A stretch of 64,000 bases of DNA from Vicinamibacteria bacterium (GTDB lineage: Bacteria > Acidobacteriota > Vicinamibacteria > Marinacidobacterales > Marinacidobacteraceae), in assembly GCA_964291235.2 (NCBI GenBank), contig OZ219815.1, positions 832,001 through 896,000 of the forward strand, read 5' to 3'. Position 1 is the first letter of the stretch, and each line of letters begins with the position of its first letter. The notes under the pieces are model-generated. The model was not told the origin of the DNA and did not search any database. It saw only the letters and a list, made by a program, of their open reading frames with translations. Positions 35,442 through 44,950 of this stretch are shown here, one piece after another. The translations under genes were made by a program, and so were the position numbers.

Positions 35442-36689
35442 GTGTTTCGAGAGCCGCCGGATGTCGTCGTCATGGGCGGCGGGCCGGCCGGCAGCACCGT
35501 AGCGACGCTGGTCGCGAAACAGGGCTTCCGGGTCGCCCTCCTCGAACGCGAGAAGGAGCCGCCCTTCAAGGTCGGTGAGTCCCTGGTTCCTTACACCTAC
35601 GAGACGTTCGAGCGGCTCGGGCTCGTCGAGCGCCTGAAGGAAAGCCATTTCCAGAAGAAGCACAGCGTCCAGTTCTTCAGCGCTTCGGGACGCGGCTCGG
35701 CGCCTTTCTACTTTTCCGAGACCGACCCGCACGAGCGCTCCACCACCTGGCAGGTCCGGCGCAGCGAACTCGACGGACTTCTGCTGGAGAACGCGGTACA
35801 GCACGGCGCGGAGCTCCGGCAGGGCGTTCAGGTGCAGGACGTGCTGTTCCACGGAGACCGGGCGGTGGGAGTGAGAGCACGCGCACCGGAAGGCCCTCCG
35901 GTCGATATCTCCGCCCGGGTGGTGGTGGACGCCACCGGCCGGAGCGCGCTGATCGCCCGCAAGCTCGGTCTAAAGGTTTCCGAACCGCACCTGCAGAAGG
36001 TGTCGATCTTCAGCCACTTCCGCGGTGCGCAGCGCGATGCGGGCCTCGCCGAGGGGGCGACCCTGATCATGCATACCCGGAACCGGGACTCCTGGTTCTG
36101 GTACATCCCGCTCGCCGGCGACATCGTGAGCGTCGGGGTGGTGGGCGATCTCGACTACCTGTTGCCGCCGGGAAGTGACGCTCAGGCCCGCTTCGAGGAG
36201 GAGATCCGGAACTGCCCGGCGCTCGCGGAGCGGGTGGCCGGCGCCGAACAGACGATGCCGGTCCGGGTCGTGCAGGATTTTTCCTACTGCGCCGAGCGTA
36301 TCGCCGGGGACGGCTGGGTTCTCGTCGGCGACGCGTTCGCGTTCCTCGATCCCATCTACTCGACCGGGGTGTTGCTCGCGCTCAGGTCAGGAGAGTGGGC
36401 TGCTGACGCTATTTGTCATGGCCTGACGAACGATGACGTGTCCGGCGCGACCCTGGGCGCGTTCGGCGACGAGTTCATCGCCGGCATGCGCGCGTTTCGG
36501 AAGGTGGTGTACGCCTTCTACGACCGCCGCTTCAACTTTGCGGACTTTCTCAAGGCACATCCGGAATGCCGGCAGGGCGTGATCGACATCCTCTCGGGCA
36601 ACGTCTTCGGATCGGGCGTGGAGAGCATCTTCGGACCGATGGAAGCGATGGCCCGGTTGCCTGCGGACCGGAGCGTGGGCGCCGTCTGA
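35442..36689 (+). CDS. FAD-dependent oxidoreductase, flavin-dependent halogenase-like
   Basis: GGGPAGS, FKVGESL, WFWYIPL (WxWxIP), GDAFAFLDPIYSTGV. Confidence 0.85.
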   Translation: MFREPPDVVVMGGGPAGSTVATLVAKQGFRVALLEREKEPPFKVGESLVPYTYETFERLGLVERLKESHFQKKHSVQFFSASGRGSAPFYFSETDPHERSTTWQVRRSELDGLLLENAVQHGAELRQGVQVQDVLFHGDRAVGVRARAPEGPPVDISARVVVDATGRSALIARKLGLKVSEPHLQKVSIFSHFRGAQRDAGLAEGATLIMHTRNRDSWFWYIPLAGDIVSVGVVGDLDYLLPPGSDAQARFEEEIRNCPALAERVAGAEQTMPVRVVQDFSYCAERIAGDGWVLVGDAFAFLDPIYSTGVLLALRSGEWAADAICHGLTNDDVSGATLGAFGDEFIAGMRAFRKVVYAFYDRRFNFADFLKAHPECRQGVIDILSGNVFGSGVESIFGPMEAMARLPADRSVGAV

Positions 36690-36705
36690 GCCCGGCGCGA
36701 GTCCC

Positions 36706-38202
36706 TTGCAGCTCGGGGAGATCCTGCGGCTCGCCGCCCGGCGGTCGCCGCGGAAGACGGCGGTCGTCGCCGGGGGGCGGCGGCTCGACTTCGAGGAATA
36801 CGACCGACTGGCGAACCGGTTTGCGAACGTCCTGATCGGGGCGGGCGTCGGGCCCGGCGACCACGTCGCGAGCCTCATGTTCAACAGCCCCGACTACGGC
36901 ATCGTCCATTTCGGGAACGCCCGGGCGGGGAGCGTCCTCGTCCACATTCCGCCGCTCTATGCCGCGGCCGAGATCGCGGACATCCTGGCGCGTACCCGCC
37001 CGCGGGTCCTGGTGGTGGATGCGGCGGTCCGGGACCGGGTGGGCGCGGGGGTCCTGGACGCCGTTCCCAACGTGATGGTCGCGGGCGATCAAGCGTTTGG
37101 TGATGCACTGGCGGTGGCTTCCGATGATGCACCGGCTCGGGATATCGATCCCGCGGCGCCGGTCGCGATGACGTTCACGGGAGGCACCACCGGCGGGCCA
37201 AAGGGAGCGGTGGTCAGCCACCGGGCGCGCTACGTCTCCGCGAAGACCACGGCGCTCGAACACCAGGTGACGAGCGAAGACGTCGTCGGGGTCGTCACCC
37301 CTATGTTCCACGCGGTGGGGCTGATGATCTGGTACCAAGCCTCGATCCTCGCCGGCGCCACGGCGGTGATCTTCCGGAAGTGGGATCCCGCGGATTTCGT
37401 GGCGCAGACCGAGCGTCACCGGATCTCGTCGGTGTTCCTGGTCCCGGTCCAGGTGCGCGACCTGCTCCGCTCGCCGGCCTTCGACCGGGAACGGCTGGCT
37501 TCGCTCCGAAACATCGGGGTGGGCGGAGCGCCGACGCCGCCCGGTCTCATCGCGGAGTGCCGGGAGGCCCTGCCCGACTGTGGATACACGGATCACTACG
37601 GCCAGTCCGAGACCGGGCCCCTGACGATCCTGAAGCCCGGGGACACCGCGACGCACGCCGGCACGGTCGGCAAGCCGGCGGCGGGAGTGGATCTCCGGAT
37701 CGTCGATCCGGAGGGGAACCCGGTCCCTCCGGGCGCCATCGGAGAGCTGGTGACCCGCGGGCCCTACCTGATGGAGGGGTACTTCGGAAACGAGGACGAG
37801 ACGGCCCGCTACTTCCGGGACGGCTGGGGCTGGACCGGCGATCTGGCGACCGCCGACGAGGACGGCTACGTCACGCTGGTGGGGAGATCCCGCGAGGTAA
37901 TCATCTCGGGCGGCTTCAACATCTACCCCGCCGAGCTCGAGACGGCGCTCGGCGCCCACCCCGCGGTCGAGGACTGCACGGTCTTCGGCGTCCCGGACGA
38001 CCGCTGGGGCGAAGCCCCAGTCGCATACGTGGTGCCCGCCGTCGACGTCTCGGCGGACAAACTCATCGCCCACTGCGCGGACCAACTGGCCCGCTACAAG
38101 CGCCCCCGCGAGATCGTCTTCGTGGACAACATCCCCCGCACCCCGTCCGGCAAGGTCCAAAAGCCCCTCCTCCGCGCCGCCTACCTGAAGCTGGCTGAGT
38201 AG
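36706..38202 (+). CDS. AMP-dependent acyl-CoA synthetase / adenylate-forming enzyme
   Basis: FTGGTTGGPKG, YGQSETG, TGDL, IISGGFNIYPAE, SGKVQK. Confidence 0.93.
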   Translation: MQLGEILRLAARRSPRKTAVVAGGRRLDFEEYDRLANRFANVLIGAGVGPGDHVASLMFNSPDYGIVHFGNARAGSVLVHIPPLYAAAEIADILARTRPRVLVVDAAVRDRVGAGVLDAVPNVMVAGDQAFGDALAVASDDAPARDIDPAAPVAMTFTGGTTGGPKGAVVSHRARYVSAKTTALEHQVTSEDVVGVVTPMFHAVGLMIWYQASILAGATAVIFRKWDPADFVAQTERHRISSVFLVPVQVRDLLRSPAFDRERLASLRNIGVGGAPTPPGLIAECREALPDCGYTDHYGQSETGPLTILKPGDTATHAGTVGKPAAGVDLRIVDPEGNPVPPGAIGELVTRGPYLMEGYFGNEDETARYFRDGWGWTGDLATADEDGYVTLVGRSREVIISGGFNIYPAELETALGAHPAVEDCTVFGVPDDRWGEAPVAYVVPAVDVSADKLIAHCADQLARYKRPREIVFVDNIPRTPSGKVQKPLLRAAYLKLAE

Positions 38203-38208
38203 TCGGCA

Positions 38209-38490
38209 AGAGCGCCGACCTCCAGGCCGGCATCGCTCCCCCAGGGGAGCGAAACCGCGCATCGCCAGCCGCGCCGAAGCACGGGGACCGCTGGGAACGC
38301 CGGCCTCCAGGCCGGCACAGCCCGCCGCAGGCGGGCGGCGGGACAGCCCCCCAACAGCCTTCGCGTCACCGCAGGCACGGGAACGCCGGTCTCCAGACCG
38401 GCACAGCCCGCCGCAGGCGGGCGGCGGGACAGCCCCCCAACAGCCTTCGCGTCACCGCAGGCACGGGAACGCCGGCCTCCACGCCGGCAC
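38209..38490. repeat. REP cluster with 86-bp tandem units
   Basis: GGGAACGCCGG... units at 38293, 38379 and 38465, plus a REP at 38209. Confidence 0.88.
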
Positions 38491-38572
38491 CGCTCCCCGG
38501 AGCGGAGCGCTCACAAAATCCCTTCCCCCTCACGACGTGTCCCAGTCCACAATCCCCCCCAGGAGAACCCCT

Positions 38573-38971
38573 ATGCCATCCACCGTCGCTACCTTCCTCA
38601 TGTTCGAGGGCAGCCAGGCCGAAGAGGCCATGAACTTCTACGTCCAGGTCATTCCGGACAGCGAGATCCTGAACGTCCAGCGTCACGGCCCGGAGGGCCC
38701 CGGCCCCGAAGGCTCCATCTTCGTCGCCTCCTTCTCCCTCCGCGGCCAGGCGGTGATGGTGAGCGACAGCTACATCAGCCACGACTTCACCTTCACGCCT
38801 TCAATCTCTCTGTTCGTCACCTGCCAGAGCGAGGAGGAACTCACGGAGATCACCACCGCCCTCGCCGAAGGCGGCGAGTACCTGATGCCGCTCGACAACT
38901 ACGGCTTCAGCCGCCGCTTCGCGTGGGTGGTAGACCGCTTCGGCGTGTCGTGGCAGTTGAACCTGCCGTAG
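38573..38971 (+). CDS. VOC family / PhnB-like protein
   Basis: AGGAG RBS; TFLMFEG.QAEEAMNFY, FTPSISLFV, WVVDRFGVSWQL. Confidence 0.9.
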   Translation: MPSTVATFLMFEGSQAEEAMNFYVQVIPDSEILNVQRHGPEGPGPEGSIFVASFSLRGQAVMVSDSYISHDFTFTPSISLFVTCQSEEELTEITTALAEGGEYLMPLDNYGFSRRFAWVVDRFGVSWQLNLP

Positions 38972-39011
38972 GGGATCGAACAGCGACTAAGCCCGCCCGG
39001 GGATCAGTTCG

Positions 39012-39476
39012 TTATTCGCTTCCGAGTTCCTCCAGCTCGATTTTGTACCAGTCATCCGCAGGGTGAACGACTTTTGTTGCGCGGATCTCGAAAATCCAGG
39101 AGTCGTCCTCGTACGCTATTGCTTCCGGTGGACGAATCTCTGCACGCTCGGTGTTGAAGGTCTCATGCCATGTTCCGGCCTGCAACAAGTTTCTATGTGC
39201 TGCCATGAGGCCATCACTCACGCCCGTGACGAAATTGTCGAGATCGCCCTTCGCTTTGAGAGCCTTTTGGCGAGCTTCGGTGTCCAGCGTTTCCCATTCT
39301 GGAATTCCGACGTGAACGGTCAGAGTCAATCGGACTTTCCCAGTCAGTAACCCCTCGAGTTTCTTGTCAGCTTCGTCCCGGAGCTTAATCAGCCTTTTGG
39401 CCTGTTCCTTGTTAGCCCACATTGACCCCCTCACGCTCTTGTGCGGTGGCAAGCCAGCCACTTCGAAACCCGGCAT
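39012..39476 (-). CDS. Divergent RusA-like Holliday junction resolvase-fold protein
   Basis: AGGAGG RBS; GDLDNFVTGVSDGL...AYEDDSWI resembles RusA DxDNxxKxxxD..L...DD; visibly lower GC than neighbours. Confidence 0.55.
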   Translation of the reverse strand: MPGFEVAGLPPHKSVRGSMWANKEQAKRLIKLRDEADKKLEGLLTGKVRLTLTVHVGIPEWETLDTEARQKALKAKGDLDNFVTGVSDGLMAAHRNLLQAGTWHETFNTERAEIRPPEAIAYEDDSWIFEIRATKVVHPADDWYKIELEELGSE

Positions 39477-39539
39477 TCCTAGCCTCCTCCTAATCTAACG
39501 CCTAGTCGAGAGTGGCAGCAGAACGAGTGCAGCATCGCG

Positions 39540-40226
39540 TTAGAAATCCACCCCCACCGCGTTCGACAGAAACTTGACGAACGGCGCACCCCGCCGCGCG
39601 ATCCCGGCGAACCACTCGAGCAGATCGTCCCGCAGCGCCTCTTCCTCGGCGAAGCTGGTAACCGCCACGAAATCCTTGCGTTTCAGGTCCTCGACCAGGG
39701 GGTGGTTGGGGTCGTAGCCCCGTGGCGGCCGCTTCAGCGACTCTCCTTCCAGCTCGAATGTTTCGGTGAACTGCTGAGCCTTCGTGATCCGCGTCCAGTC
39801 GTCCTGCCCTTCATGGATCGCTTCGCGAATCTTCGTCACTGTCAGGCCGTCCGGCCGCCAGACGCCGCACGCGGCGAAGCAGATCCCCGGTTCGAGGTGG
39901 AGGTAAAAGCCCGGAGCGTGGGCGTCCTTGCCGGCGGCGTGGCGGAAATGCGCCCCGACGTTCGTCTTGTAGGGCGTTTTGTCCCGTGAGAACCGGGTGT
40001 CCCGGTAGATCCGGAAGAGTGAGCCCCCGTTCGCCCGCGGGTCGGCCACGAAGTGGGGGCTGATCTCGGCGAGTGGCGCCGCAAAGTCAGCGATGAACCC
40101 GAGCATCGGATCGCGCACGTCGGCCAGATAGCGCCCCTTGTTGGCCGCGAACCACTCGCGATCGTTGTTGTCCCGCAGGTCACGCAGAAAATCGAAGAGC
40201 GCACCTGCAATCGGCTGGGTCGTCAT
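39540..40226 (-). CDS. DUF2461 / TIGR02453 family protein
   Basis: NNDREWF, FRIYRDTRFSRDKTPYK, FYLHL, LKRPPRGY...DLKRK. Confidence 0.92.
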   Translation of the reverse strand: MTTQPIAGALFDFLRDLRDNNDREWFAANKGRYLADVRDPMLGFIADFAAPLAEISPHFVADPRANGGSLFRIYRDTRFSRDKTPYKTNVGAHFRHAAGKDAHAPGFYLHLEPGICFAACGVWRPDGLTVTKIREAIHEGQDDWTRITKAQQFTETFELEGESLKRPPRGYDPNHPLVEDLKRKDFVAVTSFAEEEALRDDLLEWFAGIARRGAPFVKFLSNAVGVDF

Positions 40227-40326
40227 GTACTGGCCTCTCCCGGTCGGTGGGCGCGGACGGTACCGCAGCAACGCCAGCCGTCAGATCGGCTCGCACCGTC
40301 GCGATAGCCTCCGCCCCACGGACCCG

Positions 40327-41478
40327 ATGCCGGACGCCGCTACCCCCGAGACCGCCGCCGAAACGCGGCCGGATCTCATCCGGCGCGCCGAAGTCCGCGT
40401 TCCCACGCGTGCGTTCGACGCCGACATGCGTTTTTTCATCGACGCGCTCGGCTTCCGGCTCGACCGCATCTGGCCCGCCGATGCGCCCGCCTTCGCGGCG
40501 CTCTCGGGACACGGGACGGCGATTCTGCTGGAACGGAGCACGGATCCGGACCCGGTGGCGCTCCGGCTCTACGCCGACGACCCGCAGCGGTTCGCGGACG
40601 GGGAGACCGAGCTGATCACCCCCGGCGGCCACCGGATTGCCGTCCAGGACGCGAATCCGCCGCTCCTCATTCCCGACGCGCAGCACGAACTGGTGGTGCG
40701 GCGGCTTGCGGACAGCGAGTCCTGGGTCATCGGCCGCGCGGGCATGCACTACCGCGACCTGCTGCCCGATCGCCTCGGCGGCGCCATCATCGCCTCCCAC
40801 ATCCGCATCGCCGACGCGGGACCGGTGGCCGACATGGTCCACTACCACACGGTCGGCTTCCAGCTCATCTTCTGCCACCGCGGCTGGGTGCGGCTCGTTT
40901 ACGAGGACCAGGGGCCTCCCTTCGTGTTGGGCGCCGGCGACTGCCTGATCCAGCCCCCGGAGATTCGGCATCGGGTACTCGAGGCCTCGGCCGGCGTCGA
41001 GGTGATCGAGATCGGCGTTCCCGCCGAGCATCTCACCAGCGTCGATCACGAGATGGAGCTGCCCACCCCGCACTTCCGCCCCGACCGGGAGTTCCAGGGC
41101 ACGAAGTTCGTCCTCCACCGGGAGGCGGAGGCGACCTGGGAACCCTGGCGAATCCCGGGCTTCGAGGCCCGCGAGACCGGGATCGGCGCGGCGACGAAGG
41201 GGGTCGCCGGGGTTCAGGTGGCGCGGCGCGTTCCGGGCGTCGAAATTCCGCCGACCCGTCACGACACGGACATCCTCTTCGGATTCCTGCGGACGGGGTC
41301 CCTGACACTGACCGCCGAGGGGCATCCGAGCCGGCCACTCACCGAGGGAGATGCCTTCGTGCTACCTCCGCGGCTCGCGGTCCTGATCGCGGAGCCGTCG
41401 GACGATCTGGAGATTCTGGAGGTGACGCTGCCCGCGGGGTTCGCGACCGAACGCATCGGAACGCGCTCCGCCCGCTGA
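40327..41478 (+). CDS. Cupin domain protein with N-terminal VOC-like region
   Basis: GRAGMHYRDL, MVHYH, GDCLIQPPEIRHRV. Confidence 0.82.
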   Translation: MPDAATPETAAETRPDLIRRAEVRVPTRAFDADMRFFIDALGFRLDRIWPADAPAFAALSGHGTAILLERSTDPDPVALRLYADDPQRFADGETELITPGGHRIAVQDANPPLLIPDAQHELVVRRLADSESWVIGRAGMHYRDLLPDRLGGAIIASHIRIADAGPVADMVHYHTVGFQLIFCHRGWVRLVYEDQGPPFVLGAGDCLIQPPEIRHRVLEASAGVEVIEIGVPAEHLTSVDHEMELPTPHFRPDREFQGTKFVLHREAEATWEPWRIPGFEARETGIGAATKGVAGVQVARRVPGVEIPPTRHDTDILFGFLRTGSLTLTAEGHPSRPLTEGDAFVLPPRLAVLIAEPSDDLEILEVTLPAGFATERIGTRSAR

Positions 41479-41510
41479 CCGATGCGGGTCTCGCGCTTCC
41501 GCTTCCACGC

Positions 41511-41538
41511 GATGCCGGCCTGGAGGCCGGCGGTCCCT
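41511..41538. repeat. REP-like hairpin (reverse orientation) between convergent genes
   Basis: ATGCCGGCCTGGAGGCCGGCGGTCCC. Confidence 0.75.
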
Positions 41539-41578
41539 TGCCTACCCGCCGCAGTGCCCGTTGCCGGTTCCCCAGGGT

Positions 41579-42337
41579 TCACCACACCCCGGGAATGAGG
41601 GCGCGGCGGTTCGGCGGGTAGTTCGGGAAGTTCTCGCGGTACCACCGGTGGTTACTGCGAGCCCGGGGCGCCAGGTTCGCGAACGTGAAGACCGCGAAAG
41701 CCAACCCGGCCGGTGACCACGTCGCGATCGCCCAGCCGGTCCACTCCAGGATTTCGCCGAGGTAGTTCGGACAGGAGACGCACCGGTAGGCTCCACCGTT
41801 CGGAACGCCATATCCTGTCGTCTCGGACTCCCGCAATCTGAGCAGGATCTTGTCGGCATGCGTGTTCACGGACATTCCGACGACAAACACCGCCACCCCG
41901 ACCACGAAACGGGGGTCCGTCAGCCACGACATCTCGTAGGGATCAATGTGTGAGACGAACCGCGCGTTCAGGTAGGCGTTCAGGATGTTGAAGAAGAACC
42001 CCGATCCGGCGACATAAAGTGGCATCCGGCGTCCGGAACGAATCCGGAGCGGGTAGATCAGCGTCCGGTTCACGTAGTGGACCTGCCACATCGTCAGGAA
42101 TACCAGCGGCACGACGTCCCACGCGTGCTGACCCCAGAAATAGACGAACCCGAAGAAGAAGACGGCCGGCGACTCCATGAGGATCCAGCCCGCCCTGCTG
42201 GAAACCGTCGGCCCCCAGCCGGCCCCCGCGTAGTGCCGCCCGTAGGGCGCCGGCCGGCGGAGCAGATAGAAGAACGTCACCACGGCCGCGCCGAGCAGCG
42301 CCCACACCAGGAAGCGGTGGACCTCGAGCTCCGTCAT
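41579..42337 (-). CDS. 3-oxo-5-alpha-steroid 4-dehydrogenase (steroid 5-alpha-reductase family)
   Basis: APYGRH, GWILMESP, HYVNRT, HADKILLRLR, VSCPNYLGEILEW, NLAPRARSNHRWY, RRALIP. Confidence 0.92.
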   Translation of the reverse strand: MTELEVHRFLVWALLGAAVVTFFYLLRRPAPYGRHYAGAGWGPTVSSRAGWILMESPAVFFFGFVYFWGQHAWDVVPLVFLTMWQVHYVNRTLIYPLRIRSGRRMPLYVAGSGFFFNILNAYLNARFVSHIDPYEMSWLTDPRFVVGVAVFVVGMSVNTHADKILLRLRESETTGYGVPNGGAYRCVSCPNYLGEILEWTGWAIATWSPAGLAFAVFTFANLAPRARSNHRWYRENFPNYPPNRRALIPGVW

Positions 42338-42338
42338 C

Positions 42339-43322
42339 TCAACCGGCCAGCTTGCCGTTCTCCTCAAGCCACCGATAGGCGTCCCGCACCGAATCCGGGG
42401 TTGGACGCGGGGCAAACCCGAGGCCCTTCTTTGCCTTGGCGTTCGATACGCGGACGTTGCCGGCGGCCAGGTGGTGGAGGGCGTCTGGCGTGTAGAGCGG
42501 GGGACGGCCCTGAAACCGATCCCAGGCCATCTGGAACGGTGCCCAGATGCGCGCGACCCCGATCGGACAGACGAACCCAGGGCTCCGCACGCCGGTCACC
42601 GCCTCCGCCAGGCTCGCCAGCTCCCGCACCGAACGCCAACGCCCCGAGAGAATGTAGTTCTCGCCGCGTCCGCCACGCGTCTCGGCAGCGAGAGCGGCCG
42701 CGGCGCCATCGCGCACGTCCACGCAGTCGAAACCGCCGGCGATCAGCGTTGGAACCTGCCGCCGGTGAAGATCCACGAAGAACCGGCCCACGTCGGTGGG
42801 GCCGCCATCGTACGGCCCGATGACGCCGGTCGGATTCAGGATCACCGCATCCAGCCCCCGGTGCACACCACGACGAATTTCGTCCTCCCCGTGCGCCTTC
42901 GAGCGGTCGTAGGCCGGCCGGCACAGCCCGCCCGACCCGTCACGCGTCTCGTCGAGCACCTCGTCGAGGGGAAACTGGTTGAAGGCGCGTATCGAGGAGA
43001 AGTGGATCAGGCGCCGCACGCCGCACTGCAGCGCGGCTTCGACCACGTTGCGAGTGCCCACCACGTTCGTGCTGCGCATTGCGTCCGCCATCCGGGGGTC
43101 AATGGAGACGAGCGCCGCCAGGTGATACACGACATCCGCTCCCCGAAACGCCGCCACCAGCGAGTCCCGGTCCAGGACATCGCCTCCGACCCATTCCACA
43201 CCGGGCTCTTCAAAGATCCCCGAGCGTTCGTGGAAGACCGCCCGAACGGGATCGCCGCGCTCCGCCAGGGCGCGCACGAGCACGCCTCCGATGTACCCGG
43301 TCGCCCCGGTGACCACTTTCAT
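42339..43322 (-). CDS. NAD-dependent epimerase/dehydratase (HpnA / 3-beta-HSD / DFR-like extended SDR)
   Basis: TGATGYIG, VYHLAA, YDRSK, NPTGVIGPYD. Confidence 0.9.
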   Translation of the reverse strand: MKVVTGATGYIGGVLVRALAERGDPVRAVFHERSGIFEEPGVEWVGGDVLDRDSLVAAFRGADVVYHLAALVSIDPRMADAMRSTNVVGTRNVVEAALQCGVRRLIHFSSIRAFNQFPLDEVLDETRDGSGGLCRPAYDRSKAHGEDEIRRGVHRGLDAVILNPTGVIGPYDGGPTDVGRFFVDLHRRQVPTLIAGGFDCVDVRDGAAAALAAETRGGRGENYILSGRWRSVRELASLAEAVTGVRSPGFVCPIGVARIWAPFQMAWDRFQGRPPLYTPDALHHLAAGNVRVSNAKAKKGLGFAPRPTPDSVRDAYRWLEENGKLAG

Positions 43323-43352
43323 CGCACTCGGCCGCCGGGTTGGGACGGTACT

Positions 43353-43850
43353 TCAGGTGGTCACGTTGTCAGCTTGCTGATCCCACTCCCGAAGAACCGC
43401 CACCGCCTCGTCTCCCAGCATCCGGCGCACGGGGACCCGGCGAGCCGGCGCGGGCAGCAGGAGCTCCTGAAGGAACGATTCGTAGCTGAGGCCGATGCGC
43501 TGCGCGTCTTCCGCCCGGCTGGCGTAGTAGATACGGCCCAGGCGAGCCCGGTAGATCGCGGCCAGGCACATGGGGCACGGCTCGCCGGACGCATAGATCT
43601 CGCAGCCCTCCAGCGAGACGGCGCCGAGCTTGGCGCACGCCGCGCGGATCGCGTTCAACTCCGCGTGCGCGGTCGGATCGTTTTCCGAGGTCACGGTGTT
43701 GTGCGCCTCGCCGACGACCTCGCCGTTCCTCACGATCACGGCCCCGAAGGGGAACCCGCGGCCCTCCCGGATCGCGCGGAGCGAAAGCGCGATGGCCCGA
43801 CGCATCGCTTGTTCGTGACTCAATCGATCTGCTTCTCTTTCTCTTGTCAT
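43353..43850 (-). CDS. Nucleoside deaminase (guanine deaminase, CDA family)
   Basis: PFGAVIV, DPTAHAE, EPCPMC. Confidence 0.9.
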   Translation of the reverse strand: MTREREADRLSHEQAMRRAIALSLRAIREGRGFPFGAVIVRNGEVVGEAHNTVTSENDPTAHAELNAIRAACAKLGAVSLEGCEIYASGEPCPMCLAAIYRARLGRIYYASRAEDAQRIGLSYESFLQELLLPAPARRVPVRRMLGDEAVAVLREWDQQADNVTT

Positions 43851-43921
43851 CTCATCGTTTAGGGTAGCGCCGGGCGCCCGGCGGGGGGGCTTCCTTCCCC
43901 GCAACACAAAGGAGGGAGCCG

Positions 43922-44935
43922 ATGCTGGACAGATTCGAGCGCTATCCGCTCACTTTCGGTCCGACACCCATCGAGCGGCTGGAGCGGCTGTCCGCCCACC
44001 TCGGCGGCGCCGTGCAGATCTACGCCAAGCGCGAGGACTGCAATTCGGGCCTCGCTTTCGGCGGCAACAAGCTGCGGAAACTCGAATACATCGTGCCGGA
44101 CGCCATCGCCTCCGGCGCCGACACGCTGGTCACGATCGGCGGCATCCAGTCGAACCACACCCGGCTGGTCGCGGCCACCGCCGCCAAACTCGGGATGAAA
44201 TGCCGGCTCGTGCAGGAGCACTGGGCGCCGTTCGACGACCTCCTCTACCACCGGGTCGGGAACATCCTGCTGAGCCGGGTGATGGGCGCCGAAATCGAAC
44301 TGGTGGACCAGGGCTTCGACATCGGTATCCGCGAGAGCTGGGAGCGGGCGATCGAGGACGTGCGAGCCAAGGGAGGAAAGCCGTACGCCATCCCGGCCGG
44401 CGCTTCCGTCCACAAGTACGGCGGACTCGGGTTCGTCGGTTTTGCCGAGGAAGTCCGGGCGCAGGAGGAAGAACTCGGGTTCCGGTTCGACGACATCGTG
44501 GTCTGCACCGTCACGGGATCCACCCACGCCGGAATGCTGGTGGGTTTTGCCAGGGACGGCCGCGCCAACCGGGTGATCGGCATCGACGCCTCGGCGACGT
44601 TCGACCGGACCCGCGCCCAGGTCATGGACATCGCCCGGAACACGGCGGATCTGGTGGAACTGGGGCGCGACCTCACGGACGAGGACCTCGTGCTGTTGTC
44701 GGCGTACGCCCACCCCGCCTACGGGGTCCCCTCGGACGAAACCAACGAGGCCATCCGGCTCACCGCCCGGCTCGAGGGCATGATGACCGACCCCGTGTAC
44801 GAGGGGAAGTCCATGCAGGGACTCATCGATCTCGTGAAGAAGGGCTACTTCCCCGCGGGGTCAAGAATCCTCTATGCCCATCTCGGCGGGGTTCCCGCCA
44901 TCAACGGCTACAGCACCATCTACCGCAACGGCTGA
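43922..44935 (+). CDS. acdS: 1-aminocyclopropane-1-carboxylate deaminase
   Basis: [21 protein letters not shown]; DPVYEGKSM and YAHLGG carry the Glu/Leu pair that separates AcdS from D-cysteine desulfhydrase. Confidence 0.93.
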   Translation: MLDRFERYPLTFGPTPIERLERLSAHLGGAVQIYAKREDCNSGLAFGGNKLRKLEYIVPDAIASGADTLVTIGGIQSNHTRLVAATAAKLGMKCRLVQEHWAPFDDLLYHRVGNILLSRVMGAEIELVDQGFDIGIRESWERAIEDVRAKGGKPYAIPAGASVHKYGGLGFVGFAEEVRAQEEELGFRFDDIVVCTVTGSTHAGMLVGFARDGRANRVIGIDASATFDRTRAQVMDIARNTADLVELGRDLTDEDLVLLSAYAHPAYGVPSDETNEAIRLTARLEGMMTDPVYEGKSMQGLIDLVKKGYFPAGSRILYAHLGGVPAINGYSTIYRNG

Positions 44936-44950
44936 CGCCAGGAGAACTCC

